Assembly: GCF_006345805.1 (NCBI RefSeq)
Contig: NC_043009.1
Span: 8,866,001-8,930,000 of the forward strand
DNA: 64,000 bases
Direction of reading: 5' to 3'
From: Octopus sinensis
Lineage: Eukaryota
Shown here: positions 50,777-64,000 of the stretch, one piece after another
Layout of the letters: each line of letters opens with the position of its first letter
Position numbering within the stretch: the first letter of the stretch is position 1
The notes under the pieces: model-generated
Seen by the model: only the letters and a program-made list of their open reading frames with translations
The model's database searches: none
Told to the model about the DNA's origin: nothing
Made by a program: the position numbers and the translations under genes

Positions 50777-50997
50777 CCCTTTTGTTACTAACCCGGCTGA
50801 AACCGGCTCTGGCCCTGTTGTACAAATGTCTTGTTTTCTTAAGGTTTCAATTAAAATCTTCCACCAAACCTTAGTCACAATTTATGTTCCTAATACAAGC
50901 TGAATGATAACTGAGTTATTTTCCTAAATTCTTTGTTATATTTAAAGTAATTGAAAGAAACACAGAGCATCTCAAAATATATACTATAACGAAAGGG
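50777..50997 (+). mobile_element. piggyBac-type 221-bp MITE
   Basis: Same family; TTAA on both sides. Confidence 0.92.
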
Positions 50998-53779
50998 TTA
51001 AAGTAATCGAGTATTATCTCATAGCTTTGGAATTTCAATGATGTGGTTGTTTTTTGAACAAAATGGAGAGGTCTGACGTGGCTGGTTTCAACACAAAACT
51101 GGTAGAATATTTGGGCCAGATCGGATTGGTTTAAATGCTAAAGGGGTGAACAGACATCTTTTACTAAGAGCAGTGGTTCTCAACCATTTTTTAACCTCGT
51201 ATTTTATTTGGGTGGACTCCTGTAGCCATTTGATGTTTTAAAACATCTTGTTTTATTGCTCGTAAATTTTAACAGCAAAATCTTACATGGACCCTGGTTG
51301 AAAACCACTGATTTAGAGCTTTAAGGTGCGACTGTGTGGCCGAGGGACTTGCTTCCCAACCATGTGGTCTTAGGTTCAGTTCCATTGTGTGATACCTTGG
51401 GTAAGTGTCCTCTACTATAAACATGGGTTGACTAAAGTCTTGCAGTGCATTTGGTAGGTGGAAACTAATATATATATATATGATGATGATGATGATGATA
51501 TATCACTGTGACTGACCAGGCTATCAGATGTTGCTACACATCGCTGGTCACAATGCACTTCGCATTGTTTTAGCCTTCAAATGACACCACCCTGCTGGCT
51601 AAGTGAGCAGGCCAATAGAAGAAAGAATGAGAGAAAGTTGTGGCAAAAGAGTACAGCAGGGATCGCCACCACCCCCTGCCGGAGCCTCGTGGAGCTTTAG
51701 GTGTTTTCACTCAATAAACACTCACAACGCCCGGTCTGGGACTCGAAACCATGATCCTACAACAGCGAGTCTGCTGCCCTAACCACTGGGCCATTGCGCT
51801 TCCACATAAATATATATATATTAGAAATAGAATGTCATTGGTACAATTCTATATATTTTCAAAAAATTAATAAGAGTGACTTTCCCACTTTAATGATTTG
51901 ATCAGTGATTCCCAATAAGGGGCATATGCCCCACTGGTGGGGGCCCAGGAAAATGTTAGTGGGCATGTTGGATCCAAAATTCTTTCACCTTTTATTTTTT
52001 TTAAGTGGGACAATCTTTTCACAGCAAACATGCTACACCGATACTCAGCCTGGCCAAACCAATCCCTCCAGCCAAAGAATACTGTATGAAGACTGTTTAC
52101 TACAGTATAGGGCTGTTCTAATGCCCTGGTGTAGATATCCCTTTAAGGAAAGTACATAATTATGAGAAATCAATATTCAGTACCTAACAGAATTACTGGT
52201 AGTTTCTTTTGTATAAAATAATTGTGATAGGAAATTAAAAATAAAGTTGTTTTTTTTCTCCAACCATTTATGGGGCAAGTATTTTTTTGGAAAGTTATAG
52301 TGGAGCCTGGGGAAAAATAAGTTGAAAATCACTAGATTAGATACATTATTTACAATTGATGGATATTTGCCCTCATCTTGTTTGTTAACACAACGTTTTG
52401 GCTGATATACCCTCCAGCCTTCATTAGGTGTCTTGGGGAAATTTTGAATCTGCAAAAATCACAATCAAATTCGATGGCTGGCGTCCGTGCTAGCATGGTG
52501 CAAAGAGCACCATCCGAGCGTGATCGTTGCCAGAGTGGCTATCTGGCCTCCATGCCGGTGGCACGTAAAAGACACCATTCAAGTGTGATCGTTACCAACA
52601 TCGCCTTACTGGTATGTGCAAAAGATTCGAGCAAGGTCATTGCTAGTACCGCCTGACTGGTCCTGTGCCAGTGGCACGTAAAAGCACCCACTACACTCTT
52701 GGAGTGGTTGGCGTTAGGAAGGGCATCCAGCTGTAGAAACTCTGCCAGATCAAGATTGAAGCCTGGTGCAGCCATCTGGTTCGCCAGCCCTCAGTCAAAT
52801 CGTCCAACCCATGCTAGCATGGAAAGCGGACGTTAAATGATGATGATGGTTCTCATTCCTAAGGTTGTTGTTGTTGTTTTGAATCGAACTCAGAATCTTG
52901 GGGTTAGTAGCCCATGCTCTTAACCACTACGCCCATAGGCAATTATGGAGTGAATTTTAGGGCTTATAAATCTAAACTGGATTAGATGCTTACAAATCCT
53001 ATTGTATGTGTTTCCTTCTCTTTATTCTGCCCCCTTTCTTTTTGTATTTGATACTTTATACGGGTGTGTGCTTGTGTGTATGTTTATGTGTGTTTTTACT
53101 TAAACTACACAAAAATATAGATGTCACTGTGACCTGACACTAAGCTGACCCACTGAAAGAAAGACAGATTATTTTTCTATTCAGAATGTTCTATTTTTAT
53201 TTTCCAAAATACAGAATTCATTTCATAAAATAACACATACCCTATTTTTCCCCCTTATTCTTATTTTGACCTCTCTCAATTTGTATTCAATCTTTTACAT
53301 GTGTGTGTGTACACATGAATGTATGTGTGTGTGTGGTTTTGTAACACCCCTACCTTCATCCTGAAATAAACTAAGATTACATTAAAAGAAATCTGTTATC
53401 AAAACTTGCTTTTAAGCAAGAAACTCAGCCCCGAATCAAAGAGCCTTGTTTTTTGTCTTTATATAAAACAGTCACAACAGGATTTGTAAATAGCTAATCA
53501 TTAAGGTGGAAAAAAATTATCAAAAAAAAATAAAGTAATTCTTATTCATTTTCTGTCAATTAGGTATGGTTGTATGGTTGTATGGTAAGAAGTTTGCTTC
53601 CCAATCACGTGGTTCTAGGTTCAGTCCCACTTCATGGCACCTTGGGCAAGTGTCTTCCACTCTAGCTTCAGGTTGGCCAAATCCTTGAATGGATTTGGTT
53701 GACAGAAACTGAAAGAAGTCTGTCAAATATATATATATATATATGAGGTAGTAGGTAGCGATTTTCTTCACTACTTCAG

Positions 53780-54170
53780 GGAGTGTCGACCCTGCCTAAC
53801 ATGAGTCCTGGGCTCAGCTGGCTCTGGCTGACAGTACCTGGTATCAGCCCCTATCCAGGGTTACGGAAAGGAGACAACCTTCAAAGAAATCCGGACTGGA
53901 GCTCCCGAGGTGGTTTAGTATTCGACTCGACACTCTTCCGGCAGTTCCTGCAACCAAGCTGGTACCAAATGGAATGCTCTGCACTCCTTTGGACTACATC
54001 AGCAAGGTTGAGAGAGGAACCCTGGTGATTGGACTTCTCAGGATTTTCTTACATCTAGCCCAGGTCTGCACAAAACAGGAGAGGAGACTGGAGAGGTCAT
54101 GAAATGTAAAAATTAGACTGTAGACTGGATTAGTTTATGCGCAACTCCATTGTCTCCCGAGACAAAAGGA
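53780..54170 (-). mobile_element. Possible RTE-1-type 5'UTR fragment
   Basis: The minus strand GC-rich block ...CCTTGCTGATGTAGTCCAAAGGAGTGCAGAGCATTCCATTTGGTACCAGCTTGG... resembles RTE 5'UTRs from memory only. Confidence 0.35.
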
Positions 54171-55109
54171 TGCCAACGACAAATATATATATATCGCAAA
54201 AGAGAATAAGCACCAGGCTTTAAAAAAAAAGTAAATACTGGCTTCAATTCAATCGACTAAAAATTCTTCAAGGCAGTACCCCAGCATGGCCACGGTCTAA
54301 TAACTGAAACACGTAAAAAGATATATAGAGAGAAGGTGGTCAAGAATTCTTTTTCCTAATATATAAAATCTGCACCCCACTTCAAACAATATCATCATCA
54401 TCATTGTTTAACGTCTGCTTTCCAAGCTAGCATGGGTTGGACGATTTTGACTGAGCGCTGGCGAACCAGACAGCCACACCAGGCTCCAGTCTTGATCTGG
54501 CAGAGTTTCTACAGCTGGATGCCCTTCCTAACACCAACCACTCCAAGAGTGTAGTGGGTGCTTTTTACGTGCCACCAGCACGTGGCCAGTTAGGCTGCAC
54601 CGGCAATGACCTCGCTCGAATCTTTTTACACATGCCACCGGCACAGGTGTCAATATATATTTTAATTTTGACCTATCACAATTTGTATTCAATTCTTAAC
54701 ATGTGTGTGTATGTAGACACACATGTAGATGTGGCTGTCTGGTAAGAAGTTGGCTTCCTAACCACATAGTTCCATATTCAGTTCCACTTGCATGGCACCT
54801 CGGACAAGTGTTATCTACTATAGCCCCAGGCTGACCAAAGTCTTGTGAGCATATTCGGTAAAGGGGAAACTGAAAAAAGCCTCTGGGTGTTTGTCCCTCC
54901 ACCCTGCCACCACTTGACAGAAAAGGCCAATAGAATAACTACAAAGCTTAAAAACCTTCAAGGCAGCATTCCAATAATTGAGACGAGTAAAATATGAAGC
55001 AGGTAAGGGTTGGCAACAGGAAAAGTGTCCAGCTGTAGAAATTCTACCTCAAGAAACTAACTCCATCCAACACATGCAAGAATGGAAAAGTGGATGTTGG
55101 ATGACAATG

Positions 55110-55258
55110 ATTTTATATATATATATATACACATATATATACATACATATATATACACATACATATATATACATACATACACATACACATACATATATAT
55201 ACATACATACACATACATATATATACATACATACACATACATATATATATACATACAT

Positions 55259-55289
<31 letters not shown>

Positions 55290-55344
55290 CATACACACAC
55301 ACATATATATACATACACACACACACACATATATATATATACAT

Positions 55345-55375
<31 letters not shown>

Positions 55376-55408
55376 CATACACACACACACACATATATAT
55401 ATATACAT

Positions 55409-55445
<37 letters not shown>

Positions 55446-55525
55446 CATACACACACATATATATATATACATACACACACACACACATATATATATACAA
55501 ACACACATACATACATACACACACA
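55110..55525. repeat. Compound (TA)n/(TACA)n/(CA)n microsatellite with cyclic higher-order pattern
   Basis: Direct reading; source of the HTHT/YIYI ORFs. Confidence 0.97.
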
Positions 55526-58500
55526 GAGAGGCTCAGGAGTGGCTGTGTGGTAAGAAGCTTGCTTCCCAACCACATGGTGCCACAGTGTGGCATTTTGGTA
55601 AGTGTCTTCTTTAGCCTCAGGCTAACCAAAGCCTTGCAAGAAGCATGTCGTATGTGTATGTACACACACACACACACACACAGTGAGCTTTGACACAATT
55701 CCATGTACAAAATTCTGGTCACAAGATACGTTAACCTAAGGTCATTGCAGAAGATACTTGTCCAAGATGCAGTACAGTGGGATTGCACGTGGAATCACGG
55801 TATTGTGAAACAAAATTTTTAACCACACAGCCATACCGTCATCTTAAATAAATTCTAACTAATTTCAATATATGACAAACACTATTTATGTTTCACATAA
55901 GTTTAATAAGGGACAAGAGGAAATATATATGTTGTCATCTTTTTGCAATAAATAATAAATACCTGGGTTTTTTAATTTTTTCTCTTTTATAATGGACGTA
56001 TTGGCAATAATGCTGAGCAATGTAAATATTTTAAGCCAGATGTAGATGTGTTTTAGCCTAATTGGATCAATTTTTTCTAATGAGATGTTGCTTCTTTGCT
56101 AGTCAAAAACTTAGAAGTTCTGAACTTATTTGTAAAGTTACTATTTACTATGCCAAAGACCACTTTTTTTCATTAATAATTACAAGATTTTAGAAATTTC
56201 ATGAATGAATAAAATTTATCTTGGATTCTCTTTTCCTGATTTTTCTATTTGAAGATCATAGTTTTAAGATACAGGGATTGACAAAATATTTTCCGATGGG
56301 AAAATTAGAACGACTCTGATTGTAAGGCTTTGCAATTTTTCAATGAAAATGTTAAGAGACTATATAAAAGATTATGCTTTAGTGTATAGCAAGTCTTCAG
56401 AATGAAAATGCTAAAATCTGAAAGGCAAAAAAAAAAAAACTGCTTCATAGCATCAATATATTTTGAATAAAACAAAAACTAGTAAGAAATTGTTAAATAT
56501 ATATGTATATATTTTGTCCGTACAATGATTTTAAATTCTGTAAATACATGAACACATATTAAAATAGCTGAAAACCATTAAAGCACCCCCACTCGAATTT
56601 TTAAATGACCTCATGACCATGTGAACAACACCCATTTTATGTTTGTAAAGTGGTATATAGCTATAGGAACACCCTTGGTGACCAATATACTATAACCATT
56701 AACAATAGGACTGTCACCATTCACCAATACACTATTCGGTTTTCCAACAATTATTTCATAACTTTAAGGGAACTCAATGCAATAAAATATTGCAATGTAA
56801 ATCATTAGATATTTCTAGAAGCAAGATAGTGGTATCAATAGACAAGGGACACACAATGACAACAGCTATTGTGTGGGGTTGTTTCTGCACTTGAATAATA
56901 AATGTGTATAAACTGCCCAAGTGCCCTGGAAAAGTTAGGGTTTTATTTTGTTAACCTTATATGGAGAAGGGAAAATAAAAAGAAACAAAAATATAAAAGA
57001 AACAAATATAAAACAAAATGTATATGAAGGAAATGACAGCTGTCTAAAAATTAACAAAAAATTCCACAGATTTAAATAGATAGAGAATTGGTGCATTGCT
57101 TCCCTTTGGTTCCAATAAAAACAAATGACGTGTTCATTTCTTTTCATAAGTTATTAAAAAGAGTTTTTACTTCCTCAAAAACCTGAAAATAGAAAAAAAG
57201 AACACAAAAAAGTATTAATGTAGGATTAAAAAAAAAATCAAATTAGAATATATAACACGATTACTGTTGTGACTACCACGTGACCATCAGAGAAAAGTTT
57301 CTTGTAATAGTATTGCCACTTATATCATGACATTCAAACCTCAAGGGTGTATATATCTCTCTGTCTTCCTTTACTCAACCATCCTATTTATATTCTGATC
57401 CCTGTCCCTTGCGAGTAGGCCCAGCATTTTGCCAACACATCCATCCCACTCTCTCTCTCTATCTCACCTTCTCCTGCACTTCCCTCAGGTTGGATAACCA
57501 TATATTTTGTTTGCAGTAGCACACCTGTTTCTGTCTTCATTCCTGATCTCTCTCTCTCTTTCCCCTTGGGTAACCTGTACTTCCTCTACAGCAAGACACC
57601 TGTTTCTGTCTCTGTCTCTATCTCACTATAACCTTTCATCATCCGACACAAAAGCACCTCTTCCAATGAGCCCTCCCCTCTTGAAAGTTTTTTTTTTTAC
57701 GTCTTGCAAGTACTTGGTGACCTTGTCAGTGCAGGTGCAACTTAAAAGCACTAAGTCCACTTTCCTGAGTGGTTGGCATTTGGAAGGGCATCCAGCTGTA
57801 AAGACCTTGCAAAAACTGACCTCGCCTGTGCTTGTGCCACATAAAAAGCACTAAGTCCACTCTGCTGAGTGATTGGTGTTAGGAAGGGCGTCCAGCTGTA
57901 GAAATCCTGCCAAAATAGCCACAGAAGTCTGGTGCAGGCTTCTACCTGGCTGGCTCTTGTGAAACCGTCCCACCCATGCTAGCATGGAAGGCGGACGTTA
58001 AACAATGATGAGCATCATTTGAAATTCCTTTGTTGTCTCATAAATTCAACATTGTGTGTTGACTTACTAAGAAGATTCACAGTTGCAATTGGCCAAGAAA
58101 GTCATGCATTGCACCACTAAAATAGGTGTCACTGGTTTGAGTAGTAACATTGCATTTGTCAATATTCAGAACACTTAACTCATGCAAACTGTACTAAGTA
58201 TCATGATTAGGCAGTTCACAATTACATGAAACAATACCTATTTCTTTACTACCCACAAGGGGCTAAACACAGAGAGGACAAACAAGGACAGACAAACGGA
58301 TAAAGTCGATTATATCGACCCCAGTGCGTAACTGGTACTTAATTTATCGGCCCCGAAAGGATGAAAGGCAAAGTTGACCTCGGCGAAATCTGAACTCAGA
58401 ACTTAATGGCAGATGAAATACCGTTACACATTTCACCCGGCGTGCTAACGTTTCTGCCAGCTCGCCACCATGAAACAATACCACTGTATAATTATGGAAT

Positions 58501-59280
58501 ATTTTAATTTGGAGTTCTAAATGAACCTTCCTTAGAGCCTACAGAAGATAACAAAGAGCTGTCCCAGCATTTTGCCTGAATCCTCTGTGAGATCCACCAC
58601 AAGCTCAGCCTTGATCTCCATTACAGATTATTTGCAGGTATAAAAATCCATATCACATTAAACTAATGCACATCATTCATAATTGGATGGCTATTCTTCT
58701 CTAGTACTTGCAACACATAGCAAAATACAAAGATAAGTTGTTAATCAGACACAAATGGTACAATTTTCATATATTCTTGCCTTGTTTCACACAAAGCAGA
58801 AGATTTATGCTGGTATTTTTGCAGTTTTTTTCTTGGTGATTTCTTCAATACTTTTCCCATTGGGATAACCTATATCAATAAATCATTTTTTTTTTTAGTG
58901 ATTATTTTCTAAAATTTTCTAAATTTGGTCTTTTGGTAGTGGATGGTTTTTACAAAGAAGCAGGCATTACCAGTAATTACTCAGGGTAGGCAGTTGGTGA
59001 CCTTTATGTAGTAAAACACAAAAATTAAGCAAAACACTGAGCTGAAGGCAGATTTACTTCTGCCTTTACAGTATGTAAAGAAAACGGTGTTGTAGGAGTG
59101 TATGCAGCATGTGTACTACGGCAGTACTTTGCATAGCTTAAATACTGAGATTGAAAAGCAGGGGTGAATTATTCCTACCTAATCTACAAAATAATAAAAT
59201 ATTTTGAATTTTATGCATAGTAATCAGAGTAACCTTCATAATTTTATTGAATTAAGTGCATATTTTGCCATAAAAGGGAA

Positions 59281-59655
59281 ATAATAATAATAATGAAATT
59301 ATTGTATACAGTGCTCAGGTGCACCACAACTTGTCAAAAGTGCATATAAAGTATATGCAGTAATGTGCAAATGTATGAGCCAGATACATGCTTGCATGTG
59401 TATGGTGGGGAGAAAATCAGGTGTAGTGTTGGTGAATCTCAGGAAGCATGGAAGTTTTGAAGGATGCAGTGCTCCGACAACTAACAACTGATGCCGGCAG
59501 TCTGTTCCATGCTTCAGCAACTCTTAGCGTGAAAAAATGTTTCCGAAAGTCATGGGAGCTGTGCTGTTTTCTGACTTTGTAAACATGTCCACGGGTGTTA
59601 GACAGGTGGAGTTTGAAAAGGTGCTCAGAGTTATTGTTTGTAAGATGGTTAATAA
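59281..59655 (-). mobile_element. CR1/L2-clade LINE 3' end (longest copy)
   Basis: Reverse complement encodes ...SNTRGHVYKVRKQHSSHDFRKHFFTLRVAEAWNRLPASVVSCRSTASFK (CR1 ORF2 C-terminus), followed by a 3'UTR and (ATT)n tail. Confidence 0.88.
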
Positions 59656-60571
59656 TTTTATGGGTGTTAAAAATTTTAAATGTTGCTATCGATCTATTTT
59701 ATTCAAGGTAAGCACTGCCTAACTTGCCTAGCTGGGTGGAACGTCCCTGCATAGAAGATATTCAAAACTCTAGCACAATTTCCTTCACTTATTTCCCCTT
59801 GCAGCTTCTCTATCCTGTCTGATTTTCTTTCAACAAATACTGCTTGCTTTGCTCAAACTACAGCTTGAACAGTCAATTCCTGGTATTTTACATTCATGCA
59901 GGAAATGATTAGCAGAATTGTTAGAGTGCCAGACGAAATGCCTCCTGGCTCTCTCTCTCTATGTGTTGAGTTCAAATTCTGCTGAGGTCAACTTTGCCAT
60001 CCATCCTTTTGGGGGTTGATAAAATACTAGTCAAGTTCTTCCCTCAAGACTGCAGGCCTTGGGCCTATAACAGAAAATTACTAATTTTATTATTATTTGC
60101 TACTTCAATGTTTTTTTTTATATATCACAAGGTAATTAAATCTATTATTTACCAATATACATACATTACAAAGATTTACATGTAAAGAATTTCTGATTAG
60201 AAAATCTTCAGACAGAGAAAGAATTTTATATTATAAATATTATATTATGCAATATAAAAATTTTCTTTGTGTCACATATTTCTAATGGGAAATTCTATAC
60301 ATGTAAATCTTTGTAATTCCTATTAGCAAATGAAACACATGTAATGGAGAATAAATAATACCAAAAAAATTTCCATTCTCCTATTACGTTTATTCAACAA
60401 CTCTGCAAATAATATTTCCATAATCCTCAATTTTAATGTGTGTTTTGATTTACATACAACACTAACTATGGAAACATATTGATTGCAATGATAGAACAGG
60501 TTCCCAACCTGGGGTCTGCAAAGGTAGTACTGGGGGCCCATGAACTAAATTCAAAATTTCATATATATATA

Positions 60572-60739
60572 GGCGCAGGAGTGGCTGTGTGGTAAGTAAC
60601 TTGCTTACCAACCACATGGTTCCGGGTTCATTCCCACTGTGTGGCACCTTGGGCAAGTGTCTTCTACTATAGCCTCGGGCCGACCAAAGCCTTGTGAGTG
60701 GATTTGGTAGACGGAAACTGAAAGAAGCCCATCGTATAT

Positions 60740-60793
<54 letters not shown>

Positions 60794-61003
60794 ATATGTA
60801 TGTGTGTGTATATGTTTGTGTGTCTGTGTTTATCCTCCCAACATCGCTTGACATCGCTTGGTGTGTTTACGTCCTTGTAACTTAGCAGTTCGGTAAAAGA
60901 GACTGATACTAGGCTTCCAAAGAATAAGTCCTGGGATCGATTTGCTCAACTAAAGGCAGTGATCCAGCATGGCCAGAGTCAAATGACTGAAACAAGTAAA
61001 AGA
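60572..61003 (+). mobile_element. CORE-type tRNA SINE family B with internal (TA)n/(TG)n microsatellite (other copies ~121-578+, 19368-19740-, 54710-54960+, 55530-55800)
   Basis: GGCGCAGGAGTGGCTGTGTGGTAAG head, GGCACCTTGGGCAAGTGTCTT CORE-like motif, a microsatellite, then a tail ending GACTGAAACAAGTAAAAG. Confidence 0.85.
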
Positions 61004-61580
61004 GAAAGAGAGAAGATATATATACACATACATAAGGATGAGCATATTAAAAGGAGTCTGTGAGAAAACTCGTTTAAATAAAAGGGTTGGAAACCACTGT
61101 GATAAAATAAGGAGAAGTGCTTTAAGAGCTGGCATGTGTGTGTGTGTGTGTGTGTATGTGTGTGTGTGTAGATGTTTGTCTGTTTGTTTACACATGCATG
61201 CGTGCGTGTATGTGCAAACTGGAACAAAAAATTTTCCATTTCCTTAGCATGGTGCATATTTTCTCAGACAACTCAAAAGCAAAAAAAAACCCAAATAAAG
61301 TCATACCTCAGAAGGACCTGATTCAGCCAAAACTTCCTTGACTAAACCTAAGTTTTTGTAATGGTCAATAACGGGCTTGGTTGAATTGTTAAAAGTCACG
61401 ATACTGCAAAGAGGAAAAGATTAGACTGGATATTAAAAGCACTAAAAAGACTAAAGATGTAGAGTCTGTTGTTCAAGATTAATTCTTTTTGATTTGATTT
61501 AATCATTATTCAAATGTCTGGAGTATTGACGGATGAATGCTGAATGAATTGAAAGAAATTTAATATAATTTCTTCAAGCT

Positions 61581-61790
61581 TTCACTCACTAACACATTAA
61601 AACCTCTAAACTACAGCAAAGACTACACTCACCAACACAATAAAACATTCAGCTTCAGAGCAGCCTTCACTCACCAACACATTAAAACCTCTAAACTACA
61701 GCAAAGACTACACTCACCAACACAATAAAACATTCAGCTTCAGAGCAGCCTTCACTCACCAACACATTAAAACCTCTAGCTACAGGGAAG
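61581..61790. repeat. 85-bp tandem minisatellite (~2.4 units)
   Basis: TTCACTCAC(T/C)AACACATTAAAACCTCTA starts at 61581, 61666 and 61751. Confidence 0.92.
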
Positions 61791-61916
61791 CCTTTGATAA
61801 CCAACATGACACAATCACTATTTATAGGGATACCTTTTCACTTATAAAAACACGAGCCATAAGCTTCAAGAAAGCTTTCACTCATCAAAATACAACAACT
61901 GTCAGCTATAGAAATA

Positions 61917-62135
61917 CCGGATCTTTTCGGTTTGAATGGCAGTTTTTTTCTAGCAGTCTCATATGAAATTGTCACCCATAATTATGACCCTCGTATCGAT
62001 CTATTGCATTTGAATCTGGGTTAGGGGTGGGGGAAGGGAATCTTTTTTTTTTCAGAAATGTAAATAAACCCAATCTGTTTCTTAAACGAGGGACATATTC
62101 ATACGACACAAAATGTTTTTTTACCTCAATAGACA
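61917..62135 (-). mobile_element. Partial copy of the CCGGATCTTTTCGG-TIR MITE
   Basis: Reverse complement of about 10625-10854; TA before CCGG. Confidence 0.8.
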
Positions 62136-62298
62136 TCAGCACCCACTACACTCTCGGAGTGGTTGGCGTTATGAAGGGCATCAAGCTGTAGAAACTCTGC
62201 CAGATCAAGACTGGAGCCTGGTACAGCCATCTGGTTGCCAGCCCTCAGTCAAAACCGTCCAACCCATGCTAGCATGCAAAACGGACATTAAATGATGA

Positions 62299-62433
<135 letters not shown>

Positions 62434-63584
62434 AATGTTGAATGACACTGTTTCTACAACTGAGGTACTCATTTACAACTATTATGTGATGTCAAGACAA
62501 GGAGACACAAACACACACCCACAACAGGCTTTTCAGTTTCAGTTTACCAAATCTAGTTTCAAAGATTTAGCTGTCCTGAGATTATATTAGAAGACAGCCA
62601 AGATGCCATGCAGTGAGACTGACCCTGAAGCCATGTGGGTGGGAAGCAAACTTCATAACCACACAGTCATACCCCTGTACACACACACACACACACACAC
62701 AGGTGAGGGACAATAGAATTGGTGTGTTAAACAAAAATGGTGTATGGTTTTATATCAGCCACATCTCTTTACAGCCAATTCATGATCATCATCATCATTT
62801 AATGTCCGCTTTCCATGCTAGCATGGGTTGGACAGTTCGACCGGGGTCTGGGAAGCCTGAAGGCTGCACCAGGCCCAGTCTGATCTGGCAGTGTTTCTAC
62901 AGCTGGATGCCCTTCTTAACGCCAACCACTCCGTGAGTGTAGTGGGTGCTTTTTATGTGCCACCAGCACAGGGGCCAGAGGAGGCTGGGAACAGCCACGA
63001 TTGGTTGGTACTTTTTTACGTGCCACCGGCACAGAGGCTAGTTGAGGCGGCGCTGGCAATGGCCACGCTCGGATGGTTCTTTTACATGCCACCGGCACTG
63101 GTATCACAGCTGCAATTTCCATTGATTTTTGATCGATTTCGATACATTTTACAATTCATCCGTCACAATATAAATGACATAACTACCAGACAAAGTACTA
63201 GGGTCGATACAATTGACTAAACCCCTCAAAAGTGGTGTCCTAACATGGCCATTGTACAAGGACTGAGACCAGTAAAAAGCAAAATGAATATACAAACCGT
63301 TTTCTCAAAGATTCCTCATTGTCATCAGTTCTACCACTTGTTTCCCCTCGTTTCAAGCAACGCTGTACACAGACCTAACAATGAACAAGCAAACATTTGC
63401 ATTAACAATAAAAATCAGAAATAAAAGAATACATACACACATACAATATCATCAAGATTTGCATTAATTTTTAGTCTTGAAATTTAAATGTTTTACAGTA
63501 ACTTCTTAAATTTGAAAATGTTTCGCAATAACAACTTTAATAAAATTTAATAAAACTCTTTTACAATACAGAGAATGTAGACTT

Positions 63585-64000
63585 AAATAATAATAATAAA
63601 ATTATTGTATACAGTGCTCAGGTGCACCACAACTTGTCAAAAGTGTGTATAAAGCATGTGCAGTAATGTACAAATGTCTGGAAAGCGAACAGTGTATGAG
63701 TCAGATGCATGCTTGCTTGCGTGTATGGAGGGGAGAAAATCAGGTGTAGTGTTGGCGAATCTCAGGAAGCATGGAAGTTTTGAAGGATGCAGTGCTCCGA
63801 CAACTAACAACTGATGCACCACAACTTGTCAAAAGTGCATATAAAATTTTGCAGTAATGTACAAATGTCTGGGAAGGGAACAATGTATGAGCCAGATACA
63901 TACTTGCGTGTGTATGGAGGGGAGAACATCAGGTGTAGTGTTGGCGAATCTCAGGAGGCATGGAAGTTTTGAAGGATGCAGTGCTCCGACAACTAACAAC
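63585..64000 (-). mobile_element. CR1 3' end with head-to-tail duplication (junction ~63815), running off the window
   Basis: The GCACCACAACTTGTCAAAAGTG...GACAACTAACAAC block occurs twice in tandem. Confidence 0.88.

Noticed and set aside
54978-55788. His/Thr/Tyr- and Cys/Val-rich ORFs (also 14066-14505, 32010-32227, 1485-1570)
   Set aside because: Stop-free dinucleotide microsatellites.
58520-58640. Exon-like GC-richer block ending CAG/GTATAA
   Set aside because: No clear acceptor or partner exon and no recognisable translation in any frame.
60572-60650. tRNA genes at SINE heads (also 1848, 27995, 34443)
   Set aside because: They have A/B boxes but no full cloverleaf, and run into SINE bodies.
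63280-63330. Hammerhead-like CTGATGA...GAAA on - (similar hits at ~60205 and ~28500)
   Set aside because: No stem III, NUH site or stem I pairing; likely chance in AT-rich DNA.

Overview
Eukaryotic, AT-rich, repeat-dense genomic DNA. The SINE/LINE families look like those of octopus (coleoid cephalopod); this is inferred from recalled repeat consensi, not from a database search. I can support one host gene: a three-exon COA7 (Sel1-like-repeat cytochrome c oxidase assembly factor 7) on the + strand, with exons 31028-31127, 38595-38735 and 43980-44404 giving 221 aa. The rest is mostly mobile DNA: two long RTE-clade LINEs (both with a PHD finger inside ORF2), about 20 RTE 3' tails, CR1 3' ends, a Tx1-like LINE embedded in a (GATA)n tract just upstream of COA7, at least four tRNA-derived SINE families, mariner/pogo/hAT/piggyBac-type MITEs, and many microsatellites. 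The most unusual signal is a set of small elements next to (TA)n tracts that carry minimal type-I hammerhead ribozyme motifs. Two of them sit in near-perfect fold-back inverted repeats, one in sense orientation in COA7 intron 2, and two independent families share a CCGANGA (U4C) core variant. Also notable are a hierarchical tandem amplification of an RTE 3'UTR and a recent local templated inverted duplication.
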